This document shows, in pieces, positions 44,511-57,937 of a stretch of 64,000 nt of DNA. Below the pieces are notes generated by a model that was not told the origin of the DNA, did not search any database, and saw only the letters and a program-made list of their open reading frames with translations. The position numbers and the translations under genes were made by a program. The DNA comes from Podarcis liolepis (taxonomy: Eukaryota): assembly GCA_965112155.1 (NCBI GenBank), contig OZ218100.1; one strand, 5' to 3'. Position 1 is the stretch's first letter; each line of letters starts with the position of its first letter.

Positions 44511-47500
44511 CCACTTTACAGAACTGTTGCAAGGGAAATGCTCTGAGCAGTTAGGAAAGAACACATACCCTACAAATAGAAATAATTATTATTGAGTTTT
44601 TCGATCTCAAGTCGCCCCTTTCATTCAGTGTTTGAGCTGCAAGATGCTCTGGTCCCCCGTTTCCTGGCACCAGTGGACACCCCAGCCTTCTCTTCTTTCC
44701 CAGCACCAAAGTGCCATTCATCTTCACAGCAAGCCCAAATTCAAATATTATATTCCCCCCCCCCCAGCCACGCTCCTGCCAATATTGTTAGAATTATTAA
44801 TGGCAAGTAGCCGGGATTCCATAGCAAAGAAAGATAACAAACTCTTGAAGCATCCTGCCTCAGCAGCAGCAGGTGCCGCGTTTCATCTTCTTAAATAAGC
44901 GCTTGCCTTTATTATCTGGAGGTAATAACTGCGATCTTTGCAAAGATTAATTGACCTTTGTTACATTGTTGTCATGTTGAACTTCGCCGTGTCAAGGAAG
45001 ACGAACGGCTCAGGCCTCTGAAAGTGCAGCTAAAATAAAGTATACCTAATGTTTGGGAGGTTCTGTAGCGTTCTAAATGAACTTGTTTGTCTGATGGAAT
45101 ACCCCCCCTTCTTGCTTTGACACTGAGTCTTGCTATCTTGTTAGCATATGCTGAGCCTTATTATTCCAAAGGTTGGTGTTTGGCAGCTGGTTGTAGTGCT
45201 GGCACAACCGTACAGCTAGGAATGATCTATAAAGAGGTTGAGTACTGCTCCATCTAGAGTCGTGTTCCCATCATCCCTGATCATTGGCTATGCTGGCTGG
45301 GGCTGATGGGAGTTAGAGGCTACAGGTTGCTTGCCCCTGGTCTTTTCGGGCAAGCAGACTTTTACACCCTGCTTCTTCAGATCCTTTTCACTGGAGGTGC
45401 CAGACGCTCAACATGGGACCTTGTGCATACATTCAGAGAATGTGCTCTGCCACAGGGCTGTAGGACTGTCCTCTATCAAACTGGCCCTGGTCACTTTGCA
45501 GGACACTTGGAAGCAGCTTAGCAGACCTCTTGCCCCTTGCCATATAAAGAGGAATCGCTCTTGCACATAATATAAAACAAACACGCCTGCTTTTATCTGC
45601 CGAATGTTAAGAGTGCCTGGTGTTTCCCATATTTGGACATTACTGGTGAGGAGATTGATAGCTGCCCCTGGCACCATTGCAGTAAGCCTAGGAGGGGTGT
45701 GCAATTTTTAAAGCTATTTTCCTGCAAGATAACAGCAAGAGCTCCTGTGTGGGTTGGCAGGATGTGTGGGCTTCAGAGAACTGTGTAAAGCCCCCAAAGG
45801 AACGGTCTCCAGCCCAGAAACAATGCATAGAAACCAATGATCTTTTGCTAGCTTTTAGGATAAGTAGAGACCTCCTGTTTCAGTGTGTAGGAAGGCGTGT
45901 GTGAATAGACTCCTGTGTGGAACAAAAACCATTTCGTTACCCCTAAGGAAGTGCTAAGTAGTATAGGCTTTTAATTAAAAACAATGGAGCTATGAGTCAC
46001 CTTTAATGAAAGAAAATTTCACACATTTCCTTTTTCTTCTTTTTCGGCTTAAGATTGATACCATGTGCCAAATGATCTTTAAAGCTCCAGCAAAACACAT
46101 CAGACGTGACAAGGCCATAATATTCGCCATAGGAGATGAAAAATTCACTGAGCAACGAAAACATTTGAGACGCAGTACACTTAAGTCACTCACGTCTCCA
46201 CTATTATTGCGGATTGTAGTTGCTTTAGCCTCTAGAAACCCCTGCCCAAGACACAGGTTTTTGCTGTGTGGTACATATGGGGTGGTATTCCTTGTTCTCT
46301 GGTGTGTTTGCAAAAATAATTAAAAACACAACAATAAATTCTAAAGAAGAAGGGGGGAAGGCAGCACAACCAAATAAATAAATCATCTCAACGCCACCAA
46401 TAAATAAACATATTTAAAGAATCAGAAATCTAAAGGCTTAAGAAAATTTTATAAAGTTATTTACTCAGTATTGAAAATACCACAAAATAGACTTCAAGCA
46501 AATCTCTCTGGAGTGTGCATTACACAGCCAGGAAGCCGCCACCAAAAAGGCCCTTTCCCAAGAATTCATTTATTTATTTTCTACCTACATATCCTTTCTT
46601 TCCTCCAATTTTATCCTATCAACTCTGGCAGGAGCAACATAAATGGTAGCTTTCCGCCCACCAAATACAGTGAGCCTATGCAGGTTGGTGAACAAGCACC
46701 TCTGCCATATCCCAGTCCCCTCCAACAACTAACATCAAGAGGACTTAGGATCACTGCCTTAATTACTTTAAGCATATTGTGCCACTTGCATGTAGGGTTT
46801 GGTGCCGTTTTACCTTGGATGGCTGCATCATCCTCATCACCTTGCAGTCCTTTCTGAATTTATGCCTTCATTTCTGTGCATCTTCATGGCAATCGCAATA
46901 GTACTTACCATCTGCATAGCCCTTTCCAACGTTCAGAGCACCTTCATTATCTAATGGCAATTCAACAATTCTAAATGTGTGGTACACTCAGTTAGGTAGC
47001 ATTCCTGCTCACTGTTGAGACAGCAGAAGCAGAGGAACTCACAAAGCTGGCCGTACAACTCTGTGCAGTCTTGTAATTTCTACAAATTAGCAGCCAAATG
47101 CTGCAGTTTGTTTCAGCGGCTTTTAGCTGTCAGAATGCTGAGTTTATTATCCATAGGGTTTAGTGGTGAGTGTATTCATAGCCTCTTTTGAACGGTGCTA
47201 TCTGCAAGAGCTAGCGATTAATTGTCTACACCTGCAGCTCCCACTTATATCCCTCCATGCCTATGGACCTCGTGTGCATTTGCCTTTTCCCTAATGATGC
47301 TAAGCTGTCCGTGAACATTTTCTTTTTCTCAGATGTGCTAATGGTGCAGCTTTCATCACAGAGGTTAATTTAGCAGATACCTTGTAATGTAGCTTGGGTG
47401 TGCATGTGTGTTCTGACGGTTTATCTTTCAGCTTGGCTCAGGCCTGATAGTGCTTTATAGCGTAACATTTCTGCAGAAGTGAATAAAAAAGGGGGTGGGT

Positions 47501-47841
47501 GGGGAGATGCCCATTCCCCTGCAGCTAGACAGCTGATTTAAAGTTCCTTTGTGTTGATGGAGAAGAGCAGACAAGGAGGAAGAAGGAAAAGATAGCAGAC
47601 TGTGGAAGATTTTAGGGATAGCGTGAGAGGCACCAGGGAGAGAGTGGTTTTGTGTGGGGACACCCACACCCACACACCTGTGCCTACTTTGTATAGGAAT
47701 GTTAGTAAATGGGAAGGAAGGAATCAGAATCAGGAAAAAAATTGATGGCTTCAAATGGGTAAGCCTTAGCATAGGGCAGTGGTTTGGGCATTGGCATTAT
47801 TTTGTGGCATTCTGAGCATTCTGGTTAATCCAGTGTTCCAA

Positions 47842-47973
47842 NNNNNNNNNNNNNNNNNNNNNNNNNNNNNNNNNNNNNNNNNNNNNNNNNNNNNNNNNNN
47901 NNNNNNNNNNNNNNNNNNNNNNNNNNNNNNNNNNNNNNNNNNNNNNNNNNNNNNNNNNNNNNNNNNNNNNNNN
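47842..47973. other. Assembly gap (132 N)
   Basis: Run of N. Confidence 1.
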
Positions 47974-48256
47974 GGGCTGCCCCAGCCACTCTTGGCAGCT
48001 TCCAAAAGAATATAAAAAGCCCATGATACATCAGACATTAAAAGCTTCCCAATACAGGGCTGCCCTCAGTTGTCTTTGGAAGGTCGTATAATTGGTTATC
48101 TATTTGACATCTGACAGGTGTTCCACAGGGTGGGCGCCACTACTGAGAAGGCCCTCTGCCCATTTCCCTGTAACCTCACTTCTTACAGTGAAGGAACCAC
48201 CAGAAGGCTCTTGGAGCTGGACCTCAGTGTCCAGGCTGAACGATGGGGGTGGAGAT
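47974..48256 (-). mobile_element. L2-clade LINE 3' fragment running into the gap
   Basis: Homologous to 9059-9383 and 15500-15790 (ttccacagggtgggcgccactactgagaaggccctctgcc...ctgaacgatgggggtggaga). Confidence 0.9.
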
Positions 48257-50265
48257 ATACAGCGCTGAAGCCATTTAGGAGCCCTAGTGGGAGGAGAGTC
48301 TTCTCCCCAACCCCCAAATCAATGATTGTGCAGGCAGGCTGGGTCCCTTGAAATGAAGAAGAATCTCTCCCAGAAAGTGGAGCCAGCTGCTGAGATACAG
48401 CTGCAGCTCTTGTTTAAGGCTCAGTCTGAAGCTGACTGGTGCTGAAACAACATTTGAGTGCTCTTCTTATGGAAGTGCTAGTCTGTACGTTGCTGTCTAG
48501 GGTACTAGTGAAGCCTCCCCTTCTTTTCATACGGCTGAGTTTTTTGCTTGAAACAGAACAAGAGCAAGCAGATGTTTCCAATGGTGTGCCTTCTGAGGGA
48601 ATGGAAATACACCATGGAATATTTATTTTTATTGTGCATGAAGTAACTGCACAAGCTTTGCTTTTTTGCGACTTCCCAAAACTGTCTTGTGTACAAAGGA
48701 AACATAATGATTGGAATTGGCAGAAGGGCAATTTGTTTGTCTCTTTTGCTAACCGAAATGTTAATGTGATAATTGACTGCAGTAGTTATGGCTTACACTA
48801 ATAAGGAGACAAAAGCAATGAGCTTCTGAGCTTTATGGAGAGATGTGGCATTTTCCTCTTCTTTTTTAATAGCCTGTAAATATTCCTCAGAGAATTTGCC
48901 TTGTGTCGTTCACAAGAATTTCAAGCATCGCTTTCCCCCCAGAACTGCCCTTTCATTTTTGCTTCCCATTTAGGGAAATAAGAAAATACACCAGAATATT
49001 TAAGAGATATCCCTTCCACACTAGAGGATATTATTTAGCCATGGGAATTGGGGGCAGATTGGGTACTTGCAGGGGCAGTGCATCCCGTTTTGCCTCCTGA
49101 GGCGAAATGAGAAGTTGCTGTCCTACTGCCACAGCGTCCCTCACATGGGTCATCATCGGTGCCCGCAAAGCAGCAATGAAAATGGCGAGCCCCAGCAATA
49201 TCTCACAATATTTTGGTGAGATCTTGTGCAGCATCATCGGCTGCCACTGCAACAGCAGAGGCGGCAGGTACCACCTCTTGCAGTTCCACCACCTGAGGTA
49301 ACTACCTCAGCTCGCCTCATGTGGGCTAGGCCCGGGTACTTGTATTAAAAATGGTAGCACATGAGGTCGCTGTTATCAATGGGACGTTTGGCTGCCAGCA
49401 ACGACACCAATAGTTATCAGGTCAGAAAGTTCAAAGGCTATTCAGAATTGTTGTGGAGGTTTTATTGCAGCTGTAAACTTAAGTTTTCCAGTGGTTGTAC
49501 AAGTTCAAGGGGGAAGGCGTCAGAAAGTTGTTCATGGAAAGAAAATCAGCCTTGATGGAACAAACTCATCGTAATCTATATTTAGAAATATAGTTCTTGA
49601 GTCAACACAAATGACGACTCCCAGTAATTGCAGTGTTCCTCTCAGGGAAAAGGAAGCTCTTTCTGGAAGGCAAGACTTCTCTCCTGGGTCAGCCCTTATA
49701 TATATATAGAAGAGTACATTGAGGAACAAATTATCTAATCATCGCTTCTACACAGCTGCTTATTTTTGCTTGAAGCTACACCTGCAGGAGGAGCTGTTTT
49801 CAATAAAGATGCTCTGAAAAGTAACTGATTTTCATTTGTTTCGAAATCAGCTGGTTTAAAACAGCCCAGTCAGTTGCTGGGGCAGGAGTACGTAGTTGAC
49901 CATTGACGTTATTTTAATATGTTATGCCAGGAAGTGTGCCCTAGCTTCAGCTCATTTTGGTCAAGGTATTTCCTCAGGCTTAGTCAGGCAAGTTCAAGGA
50001 TTGCAGAGCTCTGCTCCCAAGGCCCAGGCGCTTCCCTAACCTGTTGGCTGTGTGGGAACCTGAGGGTACTACACAATTCCCAGGAAGTTTCAAATCAGCC
50101 TTTGGGAGCTCCTATACAGCCCTCAGTGAGCTGTGATTTAGTTTCTGGGACTTGGATTTTTAAGGGGGGGGGCATTTCAAAGGGCTCACTGGAAAAGTAG
50201 AAGGTGCTTTTCCCACAATAATTAAAGTAAAAACAAAACTGAAAAACTGTTCCTGTGAATCAGTA

Positions 50266-50866
50266 CAGTGGTACCTCGGGTTAAGAACTTAATTCGTTCT
50301 GGAGGTCTGTTCTTAACCTGAAACTGTTTTAACCTGAAGACCACTTTACCTAATGGGGCCTCCTGCTGCTGCCGCGCCGCCGGAGCACGATTTCTGTTCT
50401 CATCCTGAAGCAAAGTTCTTAACCCGAGATACTATTTCTGGGTTAGCGGAGTCTGTTAACCTGAAGCGTATGTAACCTGAAACATATGTAACCCGAGGAA
50501 AGGTAAAGGGACCCCTGACCATTAGGTCCAGTCGTGGCCGACTCTGGGGTTGCAGCGCTCATCTCGCTTTATTGGCCAAGGGAGCCAGTGTACAGCTTCT
50601 GGGTCATGTGGCCAGCATGACTAAGCCGCTTCTGCCAAACCAGAGCAGCACACAGAAACGCCGTTTACCTTCCCGCCCGAGCGGTATCTATTTATCTACT
50701 TGCACTTTGACGTGCTTTCGAACTGCTAGGTTGGCAGGAGCAGGGACCGAGCAACAGGAGCTCACCCAGCCGTGGGGATTCGAACCGCCGACCTTCCGAT
50801 TGGCAAGCCCTAGGCTCTGTGGTTTAACCCACAGCGCCACCCGCGTCCCAACCCGAGGTACCACTG
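50266..50866. mobile_element. Tc1/mariner MITE, family A, interrupted in its right TIR by a Sauria SINE
   Basis: TA-flanked cagtggtacctcgggtta ... aacccgaggtaccactg. Confidence 0.95.
50499..50849 (-). mobile_element. Sauria SINE, full length
   Basis: Reverse complement is colinear with the 7901 copy. 9-bp TSD aacccgagg (50490-50498 / 50850-50858). Confidence 0.95.
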
Positions 50867-51782
50867 TATAATAAAATCAAACAGTTGCCTATATAAATAC
50901 AGTTAAAACAATTGCATATATAAAAAACAATTTTTAAAAGCTAATTTTAAATATGAAAACAGTTCAAACAGTAACAGCGTGCACATCAAACCATTTCGTA
51001 TTGGAAAACGGATGACAACTGGGATAAGGATTTTAGGTGGTTTGTTGAATTAATAATAGATATGATTTAACAGCAATATCTGCGTTCCACATCCCAGAGA
51101 TGGTGTAAAGTGTGTATTTAGGTCTGCCTTGAGGGAATCACACCGACAAAATAGCCCCGCAGCTATACTCCTGAGTTCTGAGTGGCTCAACAAGAGCAAG
51201 TTGTATATATCCAATATTTAGAAAAGGGCTCTGTCGGCAATAAGAGAGTTTTCTTGACTCTACTCAGAAGTAAGCCTTATCGATCTCAGTGAGTGCATAT
51301 AACGATTGTGGCCTAAAGCAGATTTATACCATTGGCTGGTCTGTTTCCTCTATCTCCTGGCAAATATTCAGACCAGCGGAAAGGAAAACTCCTCTCCAGT
51401 GATTAGTTGTTCTGAATCTGTCTATTCAGTTACTAAATGTGTGGATCTGTTCTATGGTATGATTTCACTCTGCTTCGTAGCATGTGTCTACTAAACCATC
51501 CCGGTTCAGACAATATTTCCCAGCTTTATGAAATCAGGAAAGACTATTCATCCCTTGCTATTGTGCGTTTGAATTTATATGAAGTGGCATTGGAGCTGAG
51601 CTATGCTTTTGAATCTGTCTTTAAGAAGTCCACTTCCTCTCCCTCTTCAGCCACCCTCTGTGTGAGTCTGCCTCACTGACCCTCTCAGTAAGCCAATATC
51701 TTAAGCTGTGTTGGAATAAAGGTTGATATGAGGCCTTGGTTCACCTGCAGCAAAGCCACCTATGTGTCAGCCCTCCCCCCCC

Positions 51783-51786
<4 letters not shown>

Positions 51787-51835
<49 letters not shown>
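51787..51835. repeat. (AT)n microsatellite
   Basis: Direct observation. Confidence 0.95.
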
Positions 51836-51839
<4 letters not shown>

Positions 51840-51995
51840 TAATATCTTCAAACTGTCTTTGGAAAGTATAACACATGGCCATGTGCATCTGCCTGATTCC
51901 TAACTCTGAGGACAAACTTCCTATGAGTTAAACAGCACATGTCCCCTGAATCTACATACAAATAAACTTCCCTCAAGCTGTCCTAAAGTCAAAAC

Positions 51996-52430
51996 CACAC
52001 CATACATTTAAAGCATTGTTATATCACTTTAAGAGCCATGGCTTCCCACAACGAATCTTGGGAATTATGGTTTCTTAGGGGCCTCCTAACAATTCTTGGT
52101 GCCCTTAACTAACTGAAGTTCCCAGGATTCTTTGGGGGTCATGACTCTTAAAGACACAGTTCTTAAAGTGGTGTAACACTGCACTACACACACAGTGGTA
52201 CCTCGGGTTACATACGCTTCAGGTTACATACGCTTCAGGTTACAGACTCCGCTAACACAGAAATAGTACCTCGAGTTAAGATGAGAACAGAAATCGTGCT
52301 CCGGCGACACGGCGACAGCGGGAGGCCCCATTAGCTAAAGTGGCGCTTCAGGTTAAGAACAGTTTCAGGTTAAGAACGGACCTCCGGAACGAATTAAGTA
52401 CTTAACCTGAGGTACCACTGTATGGTATAT
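51996..52430. mobile_element. Palindromic Harbinger-like MITE interrupted by a family A MITE
   Basis: cacaccatacatttaaagc...catggcttccc...gaatcttgggaa / ttcccaggattctttggggg.catga...[MITE]tatggt. Related to 24228-24422. Confidence 0.55.
52193..52420. mobile_element. Tc1/mariner MITE, family A
   Basis: TIR cagtggtacctcgggtta, flanks CA/TA. Has an internal duplication of tacatacgcttcaggt and a short deletion. Confidence 0.95.
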
Positions 52431-53411
52431 ATGTGAGAGTTTGCCAGTTGTTTTGAGAACCGCAAAAAGCATGCTATATTGCTGATAACCAGAGCTCAAC
52501 TAAGTGGCTTCCTGCCTAAGTTGAACCCCTTGTCTTCTTTATTTAAGAAATTTATATCCCACCCTTTAACCAAAAAGGATCTCGAATATTATTATTATTA
52601 TTTAAAAAAACAGTTCCTTACTGCTGTACTTGTGAACTGCTGCCCTGTGCACTTGTTTATTCGGTGGTCTATGCATTGATTTGGGTCAGACATGGCAAGA
52701 GTGCTGCAAGAAATTCTTTTTCGGTCAATATAGAGGAATCCTTTCCCCTCCCTTGGCCTTGACTGCCAATAAAGGCAATTAACAGCCCTTGCTTATTTGG
52801 ATATATGGTTGTGGGAGTTCTTGGTGCCGTAGCAGTCCCCACAGCAGATGAAGTAAGTCAGAGGCATGGTTATTTACTAGCTAAAAATGCTTATGCTTCT
52901 GCGATTAGGTTTTCACATCCTCTGATGGCATTTTTTAAACATAGCCAGAGGAGTGGCATTTGGGAAGCCGTAGGACAGGTTCTCAGCTGCTATGAATCAC
53001 TGTGGCTTGTCTTAACTTTGCAGTTTTGCCATTTTCCTGTGTCTTCACTAATGGTTATCTTAGCATTGCTAATCGTGGCTGTAGGCTGGGAACAAGCTAA
53101 GTTGCTCCCTGCCCACTTAAGTGTAGTTCTCCTCTCCACTGTGGTATCAAATGAACGACAGTGCCAAGCCGGGGAGGGGGGTGGGACCTTCCCTAAATCT
53201 CTGTAAACCCCATATCTCTGAAAATATTCATAATTGGTATGCCACAGGTATAGAATACAACCTTCAATGCAGAAACCTTTCATCATCATCATTGCTAGTC
53301 CCTTGTTACATAGAGATCTCCAAGCAACTTATGTCATATTTAAAAACTTAAACATAAGTATATTATAATATTGACACATTTGTACAAAAATGCAAGCAAG
53401 TAAAAAATATA

Positions 53412-53637
53412 CAGTGGTACCTCAGGTTACATACACTTCAGGTTACAGACTCTGCTAACCCAGAAATAGTGCTTCAGGTTAAGAACTTTGCTTCAGGATG
53501 TGAACAGAAATCGTGTTCCGGCGACACAGCAGCAGCAGGAGGTCCCATTAGCTAAAGTGGTGCTTCAGGTTAAGAACAGTTTCAGGTTAAGAACGGGCCT
53601 CCGGAATGAATTAAGTACTTAACCTGAGGTACCACTG
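53412..53637. mobile_element. Tc1/mariner MITE, family A
   Basis: TA TSD. TIRs cagtggtacctcaggtta / taacctgaggtaccactg. Confidence 0.95.
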
Positions 53638-54105
53638 TACAAAACTAGCACAGGCAACCCAGTAGCTGCTGCAGCAAGCTTTAGCAGCACACAAACACAG
53701 GAAAACACATCATCATCGTCATAGCCCATCAAAAACCTGGGGGAAGAGAAGACAATTATTTTACCTGGAATCCAAAAGATGGCAGCAAAGATGCCAGGCG
53801 GACCTCATTAGGGTGCTATCCCTCATGGATCTCTCCCCCGCCCGCCCCTGGGTATAGTGCATTCCATCTTCCTAATATCACATTGGATGAGGAATTTTGT
53901 ATTTGTGAATCAGGAGAAGTAGTAGATACTGTGCATTATCTATTATATCATCATTTTTACCATAAACATTAGTTATTGCTCTGAGCAGCTTTTTAGGTCT
54001 CGCCATTCCACATTCACCAACGTGCTCAACAAATTGTGGGGGAAGATTGGTGATGGTGGGCAAGCTATCTTTCAGAAAAGAGAGTCCACCATTACATGAA
54101 CATTA

Positions 54106-54450
54106 CAGTGGTGCCTCGCAAGACGAAATTAATTCGTTCCACAAGTTTTTTCGTCTAGCGAATTTTTCGTCTTGCGAAGCACGGTGTCGGAAAAGTTTTG
54201 GAAAAGCTTCAAAAATCACCAAAAACCTCAAAAAAGGCTACCACACCGCGTTCTATGAGTTGCTCCTCGAAGTCAAGTCACAACTGTATTAACGGTGTTA
54301 AGAAAAAGGAAACAAACTTGCAAGACGTTTTCGTCTTGCGAAGCAAGCCCATAGGGAAATTTGTCTTGCGAAGCAGCTCAAAAACCGCAAAACCCTTTCG
54401 TCTAGCGAGTTTTTCGTCTTGCGAGGCATTCGTCTTGCGGGGCACCACTG
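54106..54450. mobile_element. Tc1/mariner MITE, family B
   Basis: TA TSD. TIRs cagtggtgcctcgcaagacgaa / ttcgtcttgcggggcaccactg, with repeated ttcgtct(t/a)gcg. Confidence 0.9.
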
Positions 54451-56624
54451 TACTTGGTCCAAGTCTAGCATTACCTGACCTACCTGTCATGCTCTCCAGC
54501 CTCGGTTCCTCTTCAAGCTCAGAGGAAGAAGGAGCCTCTCAGATATCTATTCCCACTCACATCAGTCCTGGCCAAAAGATACCGTTTACCATGCACCTTA
54601 GATTCAGAACACAAGGTGTCTGCATCATGTTGTGGCAACAGCCCTCTCTGGTGTGGGCGAGAGCACTCTAGCCAGCACTTTCCACAGTGCTCTGTTCAGA
54701 ATTCTGATAGATTCTGCCTGAATGTGATTTTTGCCCTGTCATTAAGTGCCTCTGTGCTGCAGTCAGTCCTCCTCCTATAACTAGCCATTTAACTGGCTTC
54801 CACTAGCATAATAGGGCAGTTGAAACTGTGCCGGTGGGAATGGATTGGCATCAGGGCTCAAACTAGTCCTCTGCAGGCTAGATACATGTATAGGACAGGG
54901 CTAGGGAGCAAACACAGCTTTGGCATCACAAGGAAGACATCTGTATTCGTCAGATAGGCAGCCATGTTGGTGCTGCTTCAGCTACTCTGTAGAATGCATT
55001 CAGACAGCTACAGGAGAAAGAACAAATCTTTTCAGAACAAGTTTCTCCTATTTGCATTCTTTCTACTATCTGCAGAGGGGCACCAAATAGCTTTCTACAA
55101 TGCCTGTTAAATTCATTGGCACTGCACTGTGTACTTGTGCTATGCTCAGTAGATCAAGGCATTAGGCCTTTATCCTTGAAAAGCAGCCCCATGAATATTC
55201 CTAGTAGAATTGCCGAGGTGAATGTCATTACTCATGGAAATTACAGATCTGAGGACTGGACACATGGAGTGTGAGGTCTTCAGGCTAGGAACCATGACTC
55301 TCTTTATATTTGCACAGCCTTGCACTCAGCTGGGTGGTTGTTGTTGTTGTTTGGGGTGGATCCTGATGTGATATAAATATGTAAGAAGAAGAAGAAGAAT
55401 CTCATACCAGACGTTTGCCAAGAAATTGAGTCTGACACTTCCCTGCTGTATGAGATCCATGTGTGTCTTCCTGCCACAATTATTTGGAACAGCTCCTTCA
55501 GGGTTCTCCACTTGCAGACTGCTGAATCTGAATTTCCCCCAAAGCACTGTCTAAATGTCTGCTGCACTAAGTCTTTTGCCCGTCAGATAATGGAAGTTTT
55601 AGGATTAGCATTTGCCGTTTGCAGAAGAAAATAACACAAGGCTTAAGTGGATATTAGTCGCCCACAGCTCTGCAATTTATAGCATACATTTTCATTTATA
55701 AACTAAGCCATTTATGTAGTTTTCTTTCTTTCCTTTTTAATAAAGAAATCCTCTATTAAGTAGGCAATTGGAAAAAACAAAAACAGCCCCCGCGTCTTAC
55801 ATGGAAGAAACTGGATTCAGCTTTGCAATGTTTACCATTTAAAAGTCAGCATGCACAATGATATTTAGAACAAGTCAAAGTTACAAATTGTGGTTGTGGG
55901 GTTCATGGGGATCCCCAGGGTAGTAGAATTACAATATGAACTTTATTTTAGGACTAAAATACAGTATTTCTTATTTAATATTGTTATTGTTGAATGGTTT
56001 CTTTAAATGTAAAGGTTCATGATTGTTCCACTCCATGTGTATGTCTTTAAGGGGCCAGAGCAAGGGCCAGAGCAAGATAACGAGACCAAGCTTTACAGCT
56101 GTGAAACATAGCAGGTGCTGCTGAGTTGTATTTGATTAAGGTGTGTCAGCATCTGGGTGTAGTATATAAGGAGCAGCACCTAGCTCTCCCATTACCCTGG
56201 GGGATGGGTTGGTGGTTGGGTCATGTTTGTTTGCTAATATATTTAGTGTAAATGGAGTTTTTGTTTTTCTTATTAAAACCTTCTTTAAGTGCTTTTTGAG
56301 TCCTCTCTTTTTAATGCATGATCTCCCCAGCAAGCTCTCTGCAGCGTTACTATACTGCAAAAAGCCAACATCTTTGGTTATGGGCCCAGCTGCTGAGTGG
56401 ATGACTGCATATTTTTGGACTCTGAGAAAGGTTTGAAAACTCCTTCTCCTGTTAGCGTAGTTTTTGTGGGTCTGTTACTTCCAGAATGATTCTGTTGAAG
56501 TACTCTGGATTATTTCTGAAATTTCTTCTTCAAAGGTCATCAACAGTATACCTGTACCATTAGAAAAGGACACTCACTTAATGAGGCCTAGTTCAGATAT
56601 TGGCCAGGTCCGCATGTAACATTA

Positions 56625-56958
56625 GTAAAGGGACCCCTGACCGTTAGGTCCAGTCGCGGACGACTCTGGGGTTGCGGCGCTCATCTCGCTTTACTGGCTG
56701 TGGGAGCCGGCGTACAGCTTCTGGGTCATGTGGCCATCATGACTGAGCCACTTCTTGCGAACCAGAGCAGCGCACGGAAACACCGTTTACCTTCCCGCCA
56801 GAGTGGTACCTATTTATCTACTTGCACTTTGATGTGCTTTCGAACTACTAGTTGGTCAGGAGCTGGGACCAAGGAACGGGAGCTCACCCCGTCGCGGGGA
56901 TTCGAACCGCCGACCTTCTGATCGGCAAGTCCTAGGCCCACAGCTCCACCTGCGTCCC
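56625..56958 (-). mobile_element. Sauria SINE with a small deletion in the head
   Basis: Reverse complement is colinear with the 7901 copy. Confidence 0.95.
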
Positions 56959-57801
56959 ATCGGAAAGACACTTAGGCCCTTGAAATACAACTACAGTTCA
57001 TGTGAAGTTGATCCCCTGTCAGTTCAAGAGATTTCAGCCCTGCCCTAGAAAGCTACCCAGGGCCGGGGTGGGGGCAAGATATAAGTTGTGCAGGCATGGT
57101 TGAATACCAACATGAGAGCTCCTTGACATGGATTGCTTGCCTTTTCCGCCAGTGGAGATTGCCTCATGCTTGTATGACGTTGCAACAAAATATGAATAGG
57201 TCCATCAGTGTTAATCAATCATCACTAAGATGCGTCTATATTTGATTGCAAAATTTTATTCCGCTGGCATGATTAAACAAGGTCTACAAAAGCATGGTTA
57301 TTTTAAAAACATCCCTGTGTTGCTTAATATGCCAGAAAGCGTTTTATTTTCATAGCCAGCTGTAACCAGCTGAGCACTGGTGAATCAAACCCATTTTCAA
57401 ACAAACTGAAGTTGATGCTTCCACCTGCGCAAATATAATCCAAAACAAAAAGATTTCCTTACACATGAACTGATCCCTCCAGAAGAACATCTGGCACCAT
57501 GTGCCATTTGGGTATTTTTATTCCACGTTCCCAGCAATACCTAGAAAAGAAAGCTTTTTCAGCTTAGACATCTGAAATGCGGAACATGACAAAAATATTT
57601 TAAAGCTGGAAATGTTGAGCTTTGAGTTTCCATTGAGCAATCAACACGTGGCCTTGTGGCTTTTGTGTTTCAGCAGTTTCAGTGCGTTTCACGAAACTGG
57701 TTGTGCGCATGGTTCGTGGTTCAGGTTCAGACTCCAGCAAATTCAGTAAATTGGGGGTGAGGTGGGTTCCTTATTCTTCCCTGGAAAACAAGGAACTAGA
57801 A

Positions 57802-57937
57802 CAGGGTTTTCCAAACTTGGGTCTTCAGCTGTTTTGGGGCTACACATCCCATCATCCCTGACCACTGGTCCCACTATCTAGGGAAGTTGGGAGTTGTAGT
57901 CCAAAAATAGCTGGAGACCCACTTTTGGGAAACCCTT
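57802..57937. mobile_element. hAT (Charlie-like) hairpin MITE
   Basis: TIRs cagggttttccaaa / tttgggaaaccctt. Perfect 8-bp TSD aactagaa (57794-57801 / 57938-57945). Confidence 0.95.

Noticed and set aside
56052-56076. Short direct duplications (gggccagagcaa twice; also 40739 and 43659)
   Set aside because: Ordinary slippage duplications with no further structure.
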